DNA of 62,995 bases, filler included, from Intoshia linei (GCA_001642005.1; 13 parts of 13 records of this genome joined end to end with filler, not necessarily neighbours in it); one strand, 5' to 3'; counted from the first letter of the whole stretch, positions 27,147 to 39,989 are shown. The notes: generated by a model not told the origin, from the letters alone. A program made the numbers and translations.

Positions 27147-27901
27147 TGAAGAGTACTATTTCCTTTAGCTAGTAAACCGCCAATTTCATTTTTTTCGTTC
27201 GCGCTTTGGTCGCTTTTTAATCGCATTTACGATTTGCCTAATAAATTGGTACATTTTAAATTTAAAAAAAACGTAAACACAATTATGGCGGTTAACATGG
27301 CCATTTAGTTTGAAAATGGCCTCATCTGACCAACAAATTTTATGGACATACGTGTGATCTTCACTTATGTTTTTTAAGAAACATTCTGCAAACTCCATTC
27401 GTCTATCTGGATTACACCCATTCAAAGCTTGCACTAATCGAGGTATGTAAGGCTTTATTCCTAGAGTTTGAAACAATTTGAGGACACTCCTTTGGCTTAT
27501 TTCAAGTTTTATTACAAGGCGTCGAGATGATTTTTGAGGACTTCGGTGTATAGCTTCCTAATCGTTGAATGTCGGCCACGGATCCCGTTTCTTCAAACTT
27601 TTTTATCACACAAGTAATATTTCTTCCTTGAGGAGGAGGTATGCCGAACTGGTTTGCCAATCTTCTGCTGGCCTCATCTCCGTTTTCACCTGATTTATAG
27701 TAATGTTTTACTGCAGCGATATGTTGTTTTTTAGTCATTTTAGGCACAATTTTTGAATAAATAAAAAGTCTAAAATTAAGACTGTAGTTACGTTATTATG
27801 GTTAAGATATCACGAGATAAAGTTATTTTATAAATTAATTTATTATTTCAAATTTTATTGTGTTTTTTTGAAGAATCGGGCATTACTTACAACTCACCCT
27901 G
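27147..27901 (-). mobile_element. Tc1/mariner-superfamily element, 5' part (DUF4817-type HTH + start of DDE domain), frameshifted
   Basis: IKKFEETGSVAD..R.G, KPYIPRLVQAL...RRMEFAE, ICWSDEAIFKLNGHVNRHNC. Terminus TA|CAGGGTGAG at 27901. Confidence 0.85.
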
Positions 27902-28090
27902 TATTTTGAATAACAGTCAATGACATTCAAAATATATTTGTAGCCACGATTCACTTCCTCATATTCTAAAAGGCTTATATAGTCGTAGTAGTTATATAGA
28001 GTCAGCCATGTATCGTTCACGTATACGTGTTAATATAATAGGCCTGACATTTTGGACAGTATTGAGACTTTTACTTTTTTGACATTATGG
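27902..28090 (-). pseudogene. rve-type integrase fragment (Ginger2/Polinton-like), interrupted by the mariner element
   Basis: Minus strand reads ..EEVNRGYKYILNVIDCYSKY, matching integrase core strands. Related to 54140-54400. Confidence 0.55.
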
Positions 28091-28534
28091 GCATATAGTA
28101 ATGTAGTTTGCTATGTCTTCCCTTTTTATATTATACAAATAACATTGTAATAAAATTTATCTGACTTTTGCTAAGTCTAAACCAGTGTTTCCCAACCTTT
28201 TATTTTCCAGTGCCCCCCTTATAAGATTTTCACATAATAGCACCCCCATTAAAATTGAATACAATCGATATAAACAGATTAAATCGTCAAACTTTTNNNN
28301 NNNNNNNNNNNNNNNNNNNNNNNNNNNNNNNNNNNNNNNNTTAATTAATTAANNNNNNNNNNNNNNNNNNNNNNNNNNNNNNNNNNNNNNNNNNNNGCAA
28401 ATAAAGATTTTTCTAAAAAATATTGAAAAATAGTTTATTATCTGAATTCTTATTGGTTGATATATCAAAATTAATTATTAGATTACACCAAATTCAACCT
28501 CAAATGAGTTTATCCCTATGAAAAACCCAATGGA

Positions 28535-28706
28535 CCATAGATGCAAGCAACCGCACAGTTCGTAGGGACCTGATTAAAAATGGAATAAAATGTTATGCAG
28601 TTAGCAAAAGAGCCCGGTTTTCTGTGCAAAACATTTCTAACCGTTTAAGTTTCTGCTCCGATTACTGTAGTTGGTATATCGATGCATGCCAAAAAGTCAT
28701 ATTAGA
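28535..28706 (+). pseudogene. Tc1-like transposase fragment (second HTH to start of the catalytic domain)
   Basis: IDASNRTVRRDLIKNGIKCYAVSKR..FSVQNISNRLSFCSDYCSW....QKVI. Confidence 0.65.
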
Positions 28707-29603
28707 TATGATAGCATATACATAGAAAGAGAATGCGCTTGACTACTTAACTTTTGAATATCATCCATTTTATCGGTAAAATTTATTCGTTTGGCTATAA
28801 GAGCGAGTGTATTGTATGTCGGATGTAATTAATAAAACGATTTTTTGTTTTGGCAATGATTTATTATACACTATTAGAAATTTTGCTATTAGCTCATCAT
28901 AGGTTATAAAATTAGTCCGACGATTACGAACTTTGAATTCAGCAGATAGGTAGTTATTTATTATTTTTTGTTTTTGGAATGGATAGTCTATCTCGGGTCC
29001 ATTGAAGTCTTCTAATACAGTGTGAAAATCTAGTGAATCTTGCTTTATGATGGAAAACATTGAATTTCGTTTTGTAAGGTTGAAAACATTAAGAATAGAC
29101 AAGGAAACTATTTCCATAAGGTAAACCAATAACTCAGACTTCAGTAACTTCAGACTCAGTTTCCATATTAAGTCGAGTCACATTAGTTACCTTTAACCAT
29201 TCTCCTAAAATATTTCGCGTGTTTAACCTCCTTACAGTCTCGGTGAAGCTATCAAACAACAACATAAGATAACAACATAAAATTTATATAATAACGAGGG
29301 TTGCATAATTAGCATTGCTGATATAGAACCATAATTATAAATTTTTTAATAATAAATTTTCCCCCTAGGGGGGAATTCCCCCCTCCCTTTTGAGAACCAC
29401 TGATCTACATGATCAGGTAAGATACAAGGAAGTAAATCAATGACAATTTTTTTCAAGTAACAATTAATACTAGTATTTGAGTTAGGTTGAAGATCACAGG
29501 CCATTAAATTTTTCAATGTATCAATTAAATTAACAATTTGTCCATTGGCTAATTTTGACTCAATTAACTCGTATGAGAGTTTAGTAAGACGTCTCGAGAG
29601 AGT

Positions 29604-29927
29604 CTAAGAAAACTGATCGGTTCTGTCTTTCACCAAATCGTAAATGAAACTCACAGCTACCCCGTGTGTTAAAACGCAATACGTAATGAACACAATTGAT
29701 ATCAAAACCAATGGTTCGGACAGTGCACGGTTTATCGAAGCTTGCAAATCGATAATAATGCTGGAAACAAGAACATCAATGTTTTTGGTTTTTTTCCCTT
29801 TCCTATTCGTGACATCGACGCGTAAATTGCGTACTCTTTGCACGAGATTCGCATTTGGTTAACCATAATAACGGGGGTTAGCCTTATTTCTTTGATTATT
29901 TTTAGTATTCGTAGAATTTAACACCAT
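29604..29927 (-). other. Endogenous viral element: SP24-like virion membrane protein, N-terminal half, one in-frame stop
   Basis: ATG at 29927. Basic N-terminus (NQRNKANPRYYG*PNANLVQRVRNLRVDVTNRKGKKTK), then DLQASINRALSEPLVLISIVFITYCVLTHG...FIYDLVKDRTDQF, the pattern of the first TM segment of SP24 proteins. TAA at 29859-29861. Confidence 0.55.
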
Positions 29928-30765
29928 AATGACCGGGTCTGTAGTTAATTGTAAAATCAAATTGTTCCAATCCTTCGATCCACCGAAATTGACGGTTTGT
30001 AGGGTTTATAGATTGTCGAATGTGGACGAGGGGAAGGTGATCGGTTATTACAGTGAAATGACGACCATAAAGATAGTATTTATACTTTTTGTATTATACT
30101 TAAAAGTTTTACTTGAGTATGCTATGACATGGTTGCCTTGCCGTAAGGTTGCTCCCATACCTTGATGTGACGCATCGGTCTTGAGTATATATGGTTCCTG
30201 AGTGTTGGGAAACGACATTATTGGAGCATTTTTTAGAGCGGTATTTAATTTTTCTATATATTGATCGAACTATCATTCCATATAATTTTGACAAATTTTA
30301 ATAATATATTTAAAGGTGCAGTAAGAGATGCATAATCTACTATAAACATTCTATGGTAGTTGCACATACCCAAGAACGATCTTAATTGTCTTTTGTTTTT
30401 AAGTGGTTTGATTTTTAAAATGCCTTCTATTTTCTCTGGATCGGGTAACAGACCTTTTTCATTAATTACATATTTCAATATTTTAATTTCCCGTTTCCCC
30501 ATTTTACATTTTTCTGGTTGAAAAGTAATTCCAGCTTTCTCCAAGCGTTCTAATACTTGACCTAGTGTTTTCATGTGATCGAAATGATTTATGGAAGCGA
30601 TTATTATGTCGTCCATGTATAATGTAATGTCTTTTAAGTCACCAAGAAGATTGTCCATAGCGCGTTGACATGTCGCAGGTGCGTTAACCAAACCAAACGG
30701 CATGCGCTTAAATTGATAAAGACATTTACCGTAAGTGGTTGCAAATGCTGTTTTTGTCTGTTTTT
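29928..30765 (-). mobile_element. Ty3/Gypsy pol fragment (RT + RNase H), degenerate
   Basis: KTAFATTYGKCLYQFKRMPFGLVNAPATCQRAM, YMDDIII, QLRSFLGMCNYHRMFI, GATLRQ, AYSSKT, TDHLPL, QFDFTINYRPGH. Confidence 0.9.
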
Positions 30766-31078
30766 GCTGTTTAGGTAGAATCTCTCATCTTGTAAGAGTT
30801 AATTATTATTTTGTAAAGAAGTCGATTATTCGAGTAGGTGTTTAATTATACAATGATAATTTAAAATAATAGTTAATTATGAGTATAAAGGTATGATTGT
30901 CGCTAGATCTCTAAACTTTGGTCCAAGCATATTAAGCAAGTTTTAATTTAATTTCAATATGAATCTTTATCAATTCGCCAGACACCAGTCGATAATAGGA
31001 TGCAATAATATTATGACATCATTGCATGTACATAATAATAATATATGCATGATGTTTAAAATCATTAAAATTATAATA

Positions 31079-31770
31079 TTAAAATAATGTTATAAAAGTG
31101 TACCTAATCAAGTCAGCAGAGACTTGTGGCCACGGGTACTTGCACCGCCAAAGATCATTTTTGGTCATTATAACATCGGAAGGCTGATACAATGCTAATA
31201 CTGTAGTACACCACTTCGAGAGTATAGGAGTCAAGGGATCGGTTACATAGTACCCTTTGGCATTGTTTGCTAAGCCGATTACATATTCTATACTCTTTGG
31301 TATGTACGTAAGTTTTGCTAAACTCCTAATTGGAGGCTGGAAGCTATCTTGAACGTGCCAAGCATCGCAGAAAACTCTTTTGCAGTATGGAACTGGCTGT
31401 CCAGAGTTATGTAAGGTTAATTTTATACCTAAACCTAGTTTCACAGACGTAATTCTAGAACATTCTGAAAATTTACGAGAATTACGTTGGACATCCACAT
31501 CCACATTAACGTCCCCACAGTAGATTCCAAGCATATCCTGTGCCTCAGCAACGTTCAAACTCAAATGACGGTATGCACCATAAGAAGCATATGCATTTAT
31601 TAACGTATTATCATTGGTGGTAAATGGAGAACCAGATAACCGTGAGGCTTCTGTTGTGTATTTAACGCCAAAACGAGTGACACCTCGTCATCTAACAATT
31701 CCATCAGTTCATCTTTGAACTTTCTGTTTACCTAACGCATATAGTACGGTTGCTCAATATGGTTTCTCAT
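31079..31770 (-). other. Endogenous viral element: nodavirus-like (Nodamuvirales) RNA-dependent RNA polymerase fragment, motifs B-E and thumb
   Basis: TRFGVKYTTEASRLSGSPFTTNDNTLINA (motif B), GIYCGDV (motif C, GDD mutated to GDV at 31508-31516), KLGLGIKL, YCKRVFCD, SFQPPIRSLAKL, GYYVTDPLTPILSKWCTTVLALY, WPQ. The order is colinear with nodaviral protein A. There is a stop and a frameshift upstream of motif B. Confidence 0.88.
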
Positions 31771-32019
31771 CTATAGAGAGATTGATTTAAAATAATAATA
31801 ATAATAGATAAATTTAAATTACATTTAATTTAGATAAAAAACAAATTAAACAAACTAGAACAAAAAAGACTATTGTATATAAAGGTATGTGAATAATTAC
31901 ATATTTATTAGAGTGTTTTGCTTATTAAGTGGTCAAAAAATGTTCTGGGAAAAATTTTATTTGGCCGCAATTTTTTTTCGAGTTTATTGGGGTAAAACCG
32001 AATTTGTAGAAACGTTAAA

Positions 32020-32289
32020 TATTTTTAAAATTTTTAACAAATTTGAACAATAAAAATAAATACACTCATTCTCTAATACATTAAAAAAAGGCCATCACAC
32101 AATTGTTTTTAAAATATAATATGAAATGACCAGTCCGTTGTTAAACAAGTTTGGGAACCACTCATTTAAAGGATTGATAATAGTAAATAGTAGATTTTTA
32201 AGTTAGGTTTTTTTGGTGGAATTAAAAATGTCATCCTTCGGCAGAGCTAGAACGAATCTTTTGTACAAAGTACAAAACAGCCAAGCTAG
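32020..32289 (+). mobile_element. Helitron-like repeat 3' end
   Basis: TTTGGGAACCACTC..TAAAGGATTGATAATAGT shared with 540-575. Ends in TTGTACAAAGTACAAAACAG-CCAAG-CTAG|T. Confidence 0.6.
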
Positions 32290-32524
32290 TATATATATAT
32301 TTTACATCAACTTTAGTCTGAATATTTTTTGATATCTCACAAAAATAAATTCCAAACTGCCTTACTACCAAAACAACTTTTAACTTGTCTGAGATTGCAT
32401 TTATTTGAATCTCGGTACAATTATTATTTTAATATTCTAAATGAAAAGAAGCAAATAAATACACATATAGAAATCAATGCTAACGATAGTATGATCTTTT
32501 TTATAATAATAATATATGTTTAGA

Positions 32525-33035
32525 TCAAAAAATTATTTTTGATTTAGTCAATACAAATCGATTACAATATCGGGACATTTTACAAATAACCAACAATTTA
32601 GTTGAATGTGTTGAATTTAATCAAAAATCAGGTTCTGGTCTTTTTGATTTATGGATTACTAATTATGATAAAATGTCTATATTGTCTCATCATTTAAATA
32701 AAAGATATTATAACGCCCAAAAAAATAATTCTACAAGGAATATACCTATCTGTTCATTAATTAATACGTTTAATGGAGGTACTGATCTATGGAAGAATGT
32801 ACACAAAAATATTGAAATTAATTACATTTGTCCAGTGCACAAACCTTTAGTAAATACTAAATTATTCGAATCATTTTCAGATAATGCTGTTTACGTCATA
32901 CCCACCATCACCAAATATAGCATTGAAAGTTCTAATATGATCGACCGACATATTAATAATATTAAAGATTCCCAAATTAATTTCATCTATTTACCATTTG
33001 ATCAATATATTAGGTTTTATTATTTATTAATATAA
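32525..33035 (+). CDS. Exon of an unidentified host gene
   Basis: Acceptor TTTAG at 32524 opens a stop-free frame continuous with the ORF at 32673-33035 (~165 codons). No domain recognised. Confidence 0.35.
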
Positions 33036-34895
33036 CCAATATTTTATTATACCACAGTCGACGTTGTAAAACGTAAAATTTTTGCTGTATCAATTATTTA
33101 CATCATTGTAATATAAAAGATACAACTTGTTAAAAAAATAAAGATAAGTATATGAACATTTTTTCATTTAATAAAACTGGTCGCCACTGTTTTTAACTTA
33201 CATTCGTCTTCAAAAAAATATGGGTAAAAGTGGATTGTTACCCTAAGGATGGGTAATATGGAATTTTTTTTTTATTAATTAAATTAACTGGTTTTTTTCT
33301 CTTTAGGCTTGGTGAAACTGTATTTTCAAAAAAATATCGGTAAAAGTGTATTTTTTCCTTAATGGTAAAATTGGGTTTATTTTGGGTTGGATTAAGCGGT
33401 TTTTCTTATAAGGTATAGTAAAATTGGCTTTTTAACAAAAATATTGTAACAATGGGATTTTTCCTTTTTTTTATTACAATAAAAGGTTAAGCCACTGTCA
33501 GGATTCATTACTCATGATCATTTTATTATTTAGAAATTTCAACAATACAATAGTGATGCCATTTTGGAAATATTTTCACTTATTAACAATATTGAAAACA
33601 AAAGAAAGTGTATCTATGAAAGATGCTGTAAAATCGACATTTGATATTTCCATTATTAACAAATGGGAACGGTATCCTATTAACTTGTAAATTCAATAAA
33701 ATTGTAACTTTGTTTATCAATCCTTTGAATTATAATTTAGCATAGGGGATTTTGACCTTGAAGGACTTAATTTCTGAAAATGAAATTTGCGGTAAAACCT
33801 TACCTTCGAAAAACTGTAATAGAAATATGGAATTTTTAAAATTGGACTTCTTTTACTTTATTAAATAATCTCGAGAAAACATGCATTTTTAACTAAATTA
33901 CTTTATATAAGTAAGGATTACATAAGCCTATATTTTGTTATACCTGAACCATAAATGAATATATGAAGAATGTATTGAATACCGTACATATTTTAGAAAT
34001 TGGAAGAAAAAAATTTCAAAATTAACAATATGATTAATATCTACATTATATTTAATAATTAAAGTTTATAAAATGATGAAAACAATATTTACATATAAAT
34101 ATTTTAGGCTCCTTGATAAATAATTTTTGAATTTTGGGTGGTTCTCAATTTTTTTTAGAATCGTCTCCTTAAGCCGATAATTGACACATATTTTATTAAA
34201 ATCGCCCTTCCATAATTCATAAACAAGTTGTTACTGTTACTCAATATTTTAAAGAATTGACCCTTAGAACCAATAATTCCCTCCAAAAACTTGTAGTAAT
34301 GTTTTGTTATGTTAGAAGTTGGAGGAGTATCAACCCTTCAGCTAAAATGAATCCAAATTTGCATTGAAAATAAAAAAATTTAGTGCATTACAGTAGAAAT
34401 CTTATGTTATAAGCCAAGGGTTCTCACATTTTTTTGATGGCGGGCCTGTAATAAATTATAAAATTTATCGCGAACCATTAGAAGGAAATGACTAAACATC
34501 GTAATAATTTGACTTAATTAGTAAAAATTATTTAGCAGACCAGTAAAAATTTTTCTTGACTGGAGGTATCTTCGAGCTATAACTCTACTAAGTTTACTAA
34601 CCCATTTAATTTTTTGATGTTTTCATTAAACTTCCTCATATTGGAACTTGATGCTGGATTAAATGAAAAAATTTGTTATTCTATTATTCACACAAATTAT
34701 TCATTATAGGAAAATTATATCAGTAGCATTATTTCATTTTCAAGTACTTCGGACAATACATAATTATTTAATGTGTGCCGTTTTTGTAGATGACCATGTA
34801 ATATGTATTATAGAAAATTATATTGATGTTGAAAAGTTAACATTAATATTTTCATTAACTAATAATAAAATAGATTTACATAATAATAATAAGTA

Positions 34896-35486
34896 CAGTG
34901 CGCGCAATAAACATAGGACACCCCAATTTATATTATTTTTTGATCTATTAACATTAATTTTCATGAATATTTCATTTCTATTAAAAAAGAAATTAAAAAC
35001 TACGCTTGTTGATATCATTATTTTTCTTTTGCCACCTTTATATGAAAAGTTATCAGACAAATCGCTAATTAGCCGCACAATAAACATAGGACACTTCAAA
35101 TTAAAATCACTTTTTTTATACGATAATCAAATTTAAAAATGTAATTACCATTTTCATTATGTTTATATATATAGTATCTTCTCAATAATATATAATTTAT
35201 TTATTTATGTATATTTTAGCAATGGCAGAGGTAAACACTTTAACTGATTTTGAAAAGGGTCAAATTATGGCATTAAAAACTGAAAATAAATCACACAAAT
35301 ACATTGCTAAGCAGATTAAAAGGTCTAGAAATGTGGTATCGAGGTTTATACACAACCCAGAGTCATATGGAAAGTCATAAAGTCCAGGTAGGCACAAGAA
35401 ACTTACTTCAAGAACGGAGTGTCATATTATATGTGAGGCTTTAAGCGGTCAATATACAGCTAGAGACATCATGCAAAATTTAGAAT
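34896..35486 (+). mobile_element. Tc3-like transposon 5' end with transposase N-terminus
   Basis: TA|CAGTGCGCGCAATAAACATAGGACA terminus with an internal repeat at ~35075. ATG 35222 gives LTDFEKGQIMALK..KSHKYIAKQIKRSRNVVSRFIHNPESYG..*SPGR.KKLTSR...TARDI, the Tc3 bipartite HTH. Confidence 0.8.
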
Positions 35487-36109
35487 NNNNNNNNNNNNNN
35501 NNNNNNNNNNNNNNNNNNNNNNNNNNNNNNTTAATTAATTAANNNNNNNNNNNNNNNNNNNNNNNNNNNNNNNNNNNNNNNNNNNNTTATATAATGTTTT
35601 TATTCTTTTTTTAGTAGTTTACAAGTTAGTTAAAAAAAATGGCGCATTTTATAAATTTAATATTTTATCTCGTAACGTTTTAAAAACATTTCAGGTAATT
35701 ATGCTGTAATACAAAATTTATAATTTTTTACGTTTTGGAGTATCTGTTCCGTCGCAATATTTTTTATTTTTGTCGTGTATACAATCTAAACGAATAAATA
35801 ATGTTTATTGACACATTTAAATATTTTGTAAAATGTAAAATGTTTTGAAATAAGAATTTAAAATTTAAAAATTGCAAAGGAATAAATTATATCGATTTTT
35901 ACCTATATTACTTTATTGGAAATTTTTAGACGTTAACTGCATTTTTTTTAACACTGTAAGATCAATATTTACATTTTTAATTTTTATTTATATTTAATAT
36001 TTATCAAAGTATTTGAAAAATATTGGTTGATAATATATTAAAAATTATTTTTCATCGAGAATGCGTAAATTTCTTGGGTTGAACTTTTAGATTTATATAG
36101 TGCGATGAT

Positions 36110-37075
36110 AGACCCATGTTAAATTATCGGAGCAACCTTACGGCAACGAAACTACGTCATAGCATACTCAAGTATAACTTTTAATACAACACAGGTACGA
36201 TACAACACCGTAGATAAAGAACTTTTGGCAATCTTCTGAGCTATCGAAAAATCTTTATGGTTATCATTTCACTGTAATAACTAATCAAAACCTTCTCGTC
36301 TACATTCGACAATCTATAAACTGTACAAATCGTCAATTTCGTAAATCGAAAAATTAAAACAATTTGATTTTACAATCAACTACATTTTCAGTCATTTAAA
36401 CGACACAGCCAATATATTATCACGTCCTGAATTTACTAACGCTATTGTACAAAATATTGACGTATTCAATTCGAAACATGTCTAATCAAAAAATACAGAT
36501 TGTATCAAAGCTGTAAAAATATATCATTGAATAAGAAATTGCTAAAAATCAAATAAATATTATAGATATGAAAAAAAATTAAAAGCGGAAAATGGATTCC
36601 TCCATTATTTAAGACCCAAAAAACTACTTCCAGTCATAGCCATGTCAGACAGATTAAATATTATTACCCATTATTATCGATCTAACTTTTATTGTCACGC
36701 AGGCGTTACTAAAATTTACCATTTTATTCAATATTTATATTTCTCGTCTTATATGTACAAGTCAGATAGCAGATCGATATATTAGGACCAATTTCAATTA
36801 ACAAATATCAATATGTAATTAACATAATATATCATTATACAGGTTTGCTAGAATTCGTGCCATTAACAATTATAACCGCTGAATCGGTGTCAAAAGCTAT
36901 ATATGAAACTATTATTGTAAGATTATACATATCATATAAGTACATTAACTCAAGGACGAGCTTATAGGCACCAGGAGATCAGTACTGTAGAACGGTTTAA
37001 CAGAACCTTTGGCAAAAAACAAAGAACCAAATATCAAAAAGATTCTGAGAACTAAGATGAAGACATTATCATATA
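36110..37075 (+). mobile_element. Ty3/Gypsy RNase H-integrase remnant, same family as 29928-30765
   Basis: IGATLRQ..VIAYSS, YNTVDKELLAI, QFDFTINY...ANILSR, CHAGVTKIY, VERFNRT. Many stops and frameshifts. Confidence 0.75.
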
Positions 37076-38652
37076 TTATCAACCAATATTTTTCAAATAT
37101 TTCGATTAAAATCAAAAATTAAAAATGTAAATATTAATCCTAGAATTTCAAAAATAATGTAAATTGTACGTCTACACATTCTCAATAAAGACATATAACT
37201 AAAAATCTATATAATTCATTCCTTCGGAATTTTTTTCATTTTCAAAACATTTTAAATACATCTAAATTAAACTACGGTAACGAATTTATAAAAGTTTTGA
37301 TACTAATTAATTTAACACAAAACATGTTATTGTTTTACTAATTGTTTAAAATGCCAAAAAAAAAGTAACATTTTATATTACAATCTTTTGCAATAATATA
37401 AAATTCAACTGAAATATTTATAAATTGAAGATTCAATTAAATATTAATACACAATTGGTATTTTTAAGTATTTATTAAATTGGTACTGAATATATATGAT
37501 TACATTGAAAATGACAAAATAGGTTATTATAATTTTATTTTTTTTTAAAATTTATGCTATTTATGACAATTTTTAGAATTGGAGTGTTTTTACTTTATTT
37601 TTAATATTATACATACATTCTGTCTAATAAATTAAAAAATTGGATAATAATTGTTTTTAAAATACTTTACGCAAATGTTAACAAAACAAAATTAAAATGG
37701 AATAAATTATTATTCACTTTAAAGTAAAAAGTAATGTGATATGACGGTGCCACCTGAAACAAATTTGGGAACCACTTTTTTAAAGGATTGATAATAGTTA
37801 ATAGTACGATTTTTAAGTTAAATTTTCAACGTGAATTTATTTTTTTGGTATAATAAAAGAGTGCTTTCGCCAAAGCTAGAAGCTGTTTGATTGTTATAGT
37901 GCAGAGAGATGATATTTAAATATAATATTTATTAAATTAAAGTTAAAATTTTAAGATNNNNNNNNNNNNNNNNNNNNNNNNNNNNNNNNNNNNNNNNNNN
38001 NTTAATTAATTAANNNNNNNNNNNNNNNNNNNNNNNNNNNNNNNNNNNNNNNNNNNNATATTTTTAATTAGGAAATTTTTTTCTTGATTTCTAAAATATT
38101 TTTGGCAATCAATATTGAATCAAAATAAAAATACGAAAAATCAAAAAAATATTGGATAAAACGAATTTTTCAAAAAAATTATAAAGTGGATTTTTCATTT
38201 AAGGGTTAATAAATTTTGATTTTCTGTTTTGAATTTAGATTTAGTAGTTTTTTTTCCATAATAATATTAAATTAATTTCTAAAATAATATATTACTTTAG
38301 CTGTGGGCCCCTTATATATAGCGTGAACTTTTTGAGAAGCACGGAACTACTATAAATATTAAATATTTTACAGTGTACAGAGTCTGTACTACAGACACAT
38401 GAAAATGTTAGATAAAACCTTATTTGAATGTTATAGTTCGAAGATTACAAAGTTTTTTTATTATTTTTTTATTGTACTGTATTTAACCTATCAAAGTTCA
38501 ATGGGATCATTAAAAAATGAGTCAAGTTGACAATTACAAGGAATATCATATAATAATAAAATGTTTTAATTTATGTGTAAAATTCGGCCTTGCACATTGA
38601 TTTACATCTAAATATTATAATGATGTGAGAGATAATGTATATATTTGATTAG

Positions 38653-38926
38653 GTGGCAGTATTGACGGTAGTGATAAAGATTCAAAAAAATTTCCAATTT
38701 ACACTGAAAATGTGCATATTCTCAAAAACAACCATCCCCTGTGTATTATGTCTCGATCAAAACGAGAAAAATTATTAACTCACCCAGTTATAACAACGTT
38801 ACTCAATCAAAAATGGAATTCTTTCGCTAAATACGTCTATTATCTAAATCTTTTTATATATTGTTTGTTTTGTTTTTTTGTTAACGGATTTATTCTTTCA
38901 AGTGAATATAAAGCAGATTATACATG
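38653..38926 (+). CDS. TRPA1: TRPA-family channel, single internal exon (pre-S1 and S1)
   Basis: NHPLCIMSRSKREKLLTHPVITTLLNQKWNSFAKYVYYLNLFIYCLF. Flanked by ATTAG| and |GTAATG. Confidence 0.75.
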
Positions 38927-39160
38927 GTAATGATAATTAAATTCATGTAATTATTACTGGAATCGATATAATAATAAAATAATATATTCACACAACGAGT
39001 GATGAGTAATGCAGTGCACTACAGTGGTAGGTAACTTTTTTTCAGCGAAAATTCTGTAGGGCTAAAAATTAAAATCTATCATTTTTATCGGAAAACATAC
39101 AATTTATTTTCAATATTCCACCACCTTCACGGTCAAAAACAGATTTACTTTAAATATATA

Positions 39161-39989
39161 TTAGCTTGACTGTTGTGTAGTTCGTACAAACAGTAGCTAG
39201 CTCTACCGGGCGAACTTTTTTAATTCTACCAAAACTAATAAAATTTTACATAAAAATATTACTATCCACTATTACCAATACTTGAAAGGAATGCTCCCCA
39301 AACATGTTTCACCATGTACCGCTAATTTCACACTATCTTTTAATTTTATTTGTATAAAGAATTTTAAAAACAATTTTGTGATCCCACTTTTTAATTTATT
39401 AGAAAGAATGAGTTTATTATTTTAAAAATAAAATTAAAACATTATAATCCTAAAAATTGTCATTAATAGCTTTAATTTCAGAAAAAATAAAATTCTAATT
39501 TTAATTTGAAAAATATTGGCTGATAATATATTAAAAAATATTTTTGACAGAAAGCGTAAATTTCTGAAGTCGACATTTTGTATATATATATACCACCGAA
39601 TGAGCTGTACAAGAAAATCTTTTTTAAATTTTAGGACCATTAATTATTTAAAAAATTTTTTTAATAAAATATTTACCAAATAAAAAAAAATGAATACCAA
39701 AGTGGTTTTTTGACCGTGAAAGCATAACTTTGTGGGATTAAAATTTTTTGTATGTGTTAACTGGAGATAACTATAAGCTTTAATGTTTTTATTTAAATTC
39801 TAGGACTATTTTCATTTTTTAAAAAAAGGGTAATCTGTGGTTTGTATCGTACAAATTCACTTTTTTGAGGTTGTGATTAATGTTTATAATTTTAACAACT
39901 ATCCAAGAATTTATGTTTGATAACATTTTAGGACATGTTTTATTTTTAAAAAAAGAAAAATTTGGTGGTTTGACCATGAAGGTGTGTGT
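39161..39989 (-). mobile_element. Helitron-like repeat copy (reverse orientation)
   Basis: Reverse complement of the hairpin/terminus at 39161-39210, plus the same internal subrepeats. Confidence 0.55.

Noticed and set aside
31079-31790. RdRp fragment apparently bounded by splice sites (CTATAG|ATG ... AG|GTACAC), suggesting exonisation
   Set aside because: Such dinucleotides are common by chance. The fragment has a stop, a frameshift and a dead GDD motif, so a domesticated polymerase is unsupported.
34663-35136. 157-aa hydrophobic ORF
   Set aside because: It overlaps the Tc3 terminal repeat region, and its composition (I/F/L/K/N) reflects AT-rich non-coding DNA.
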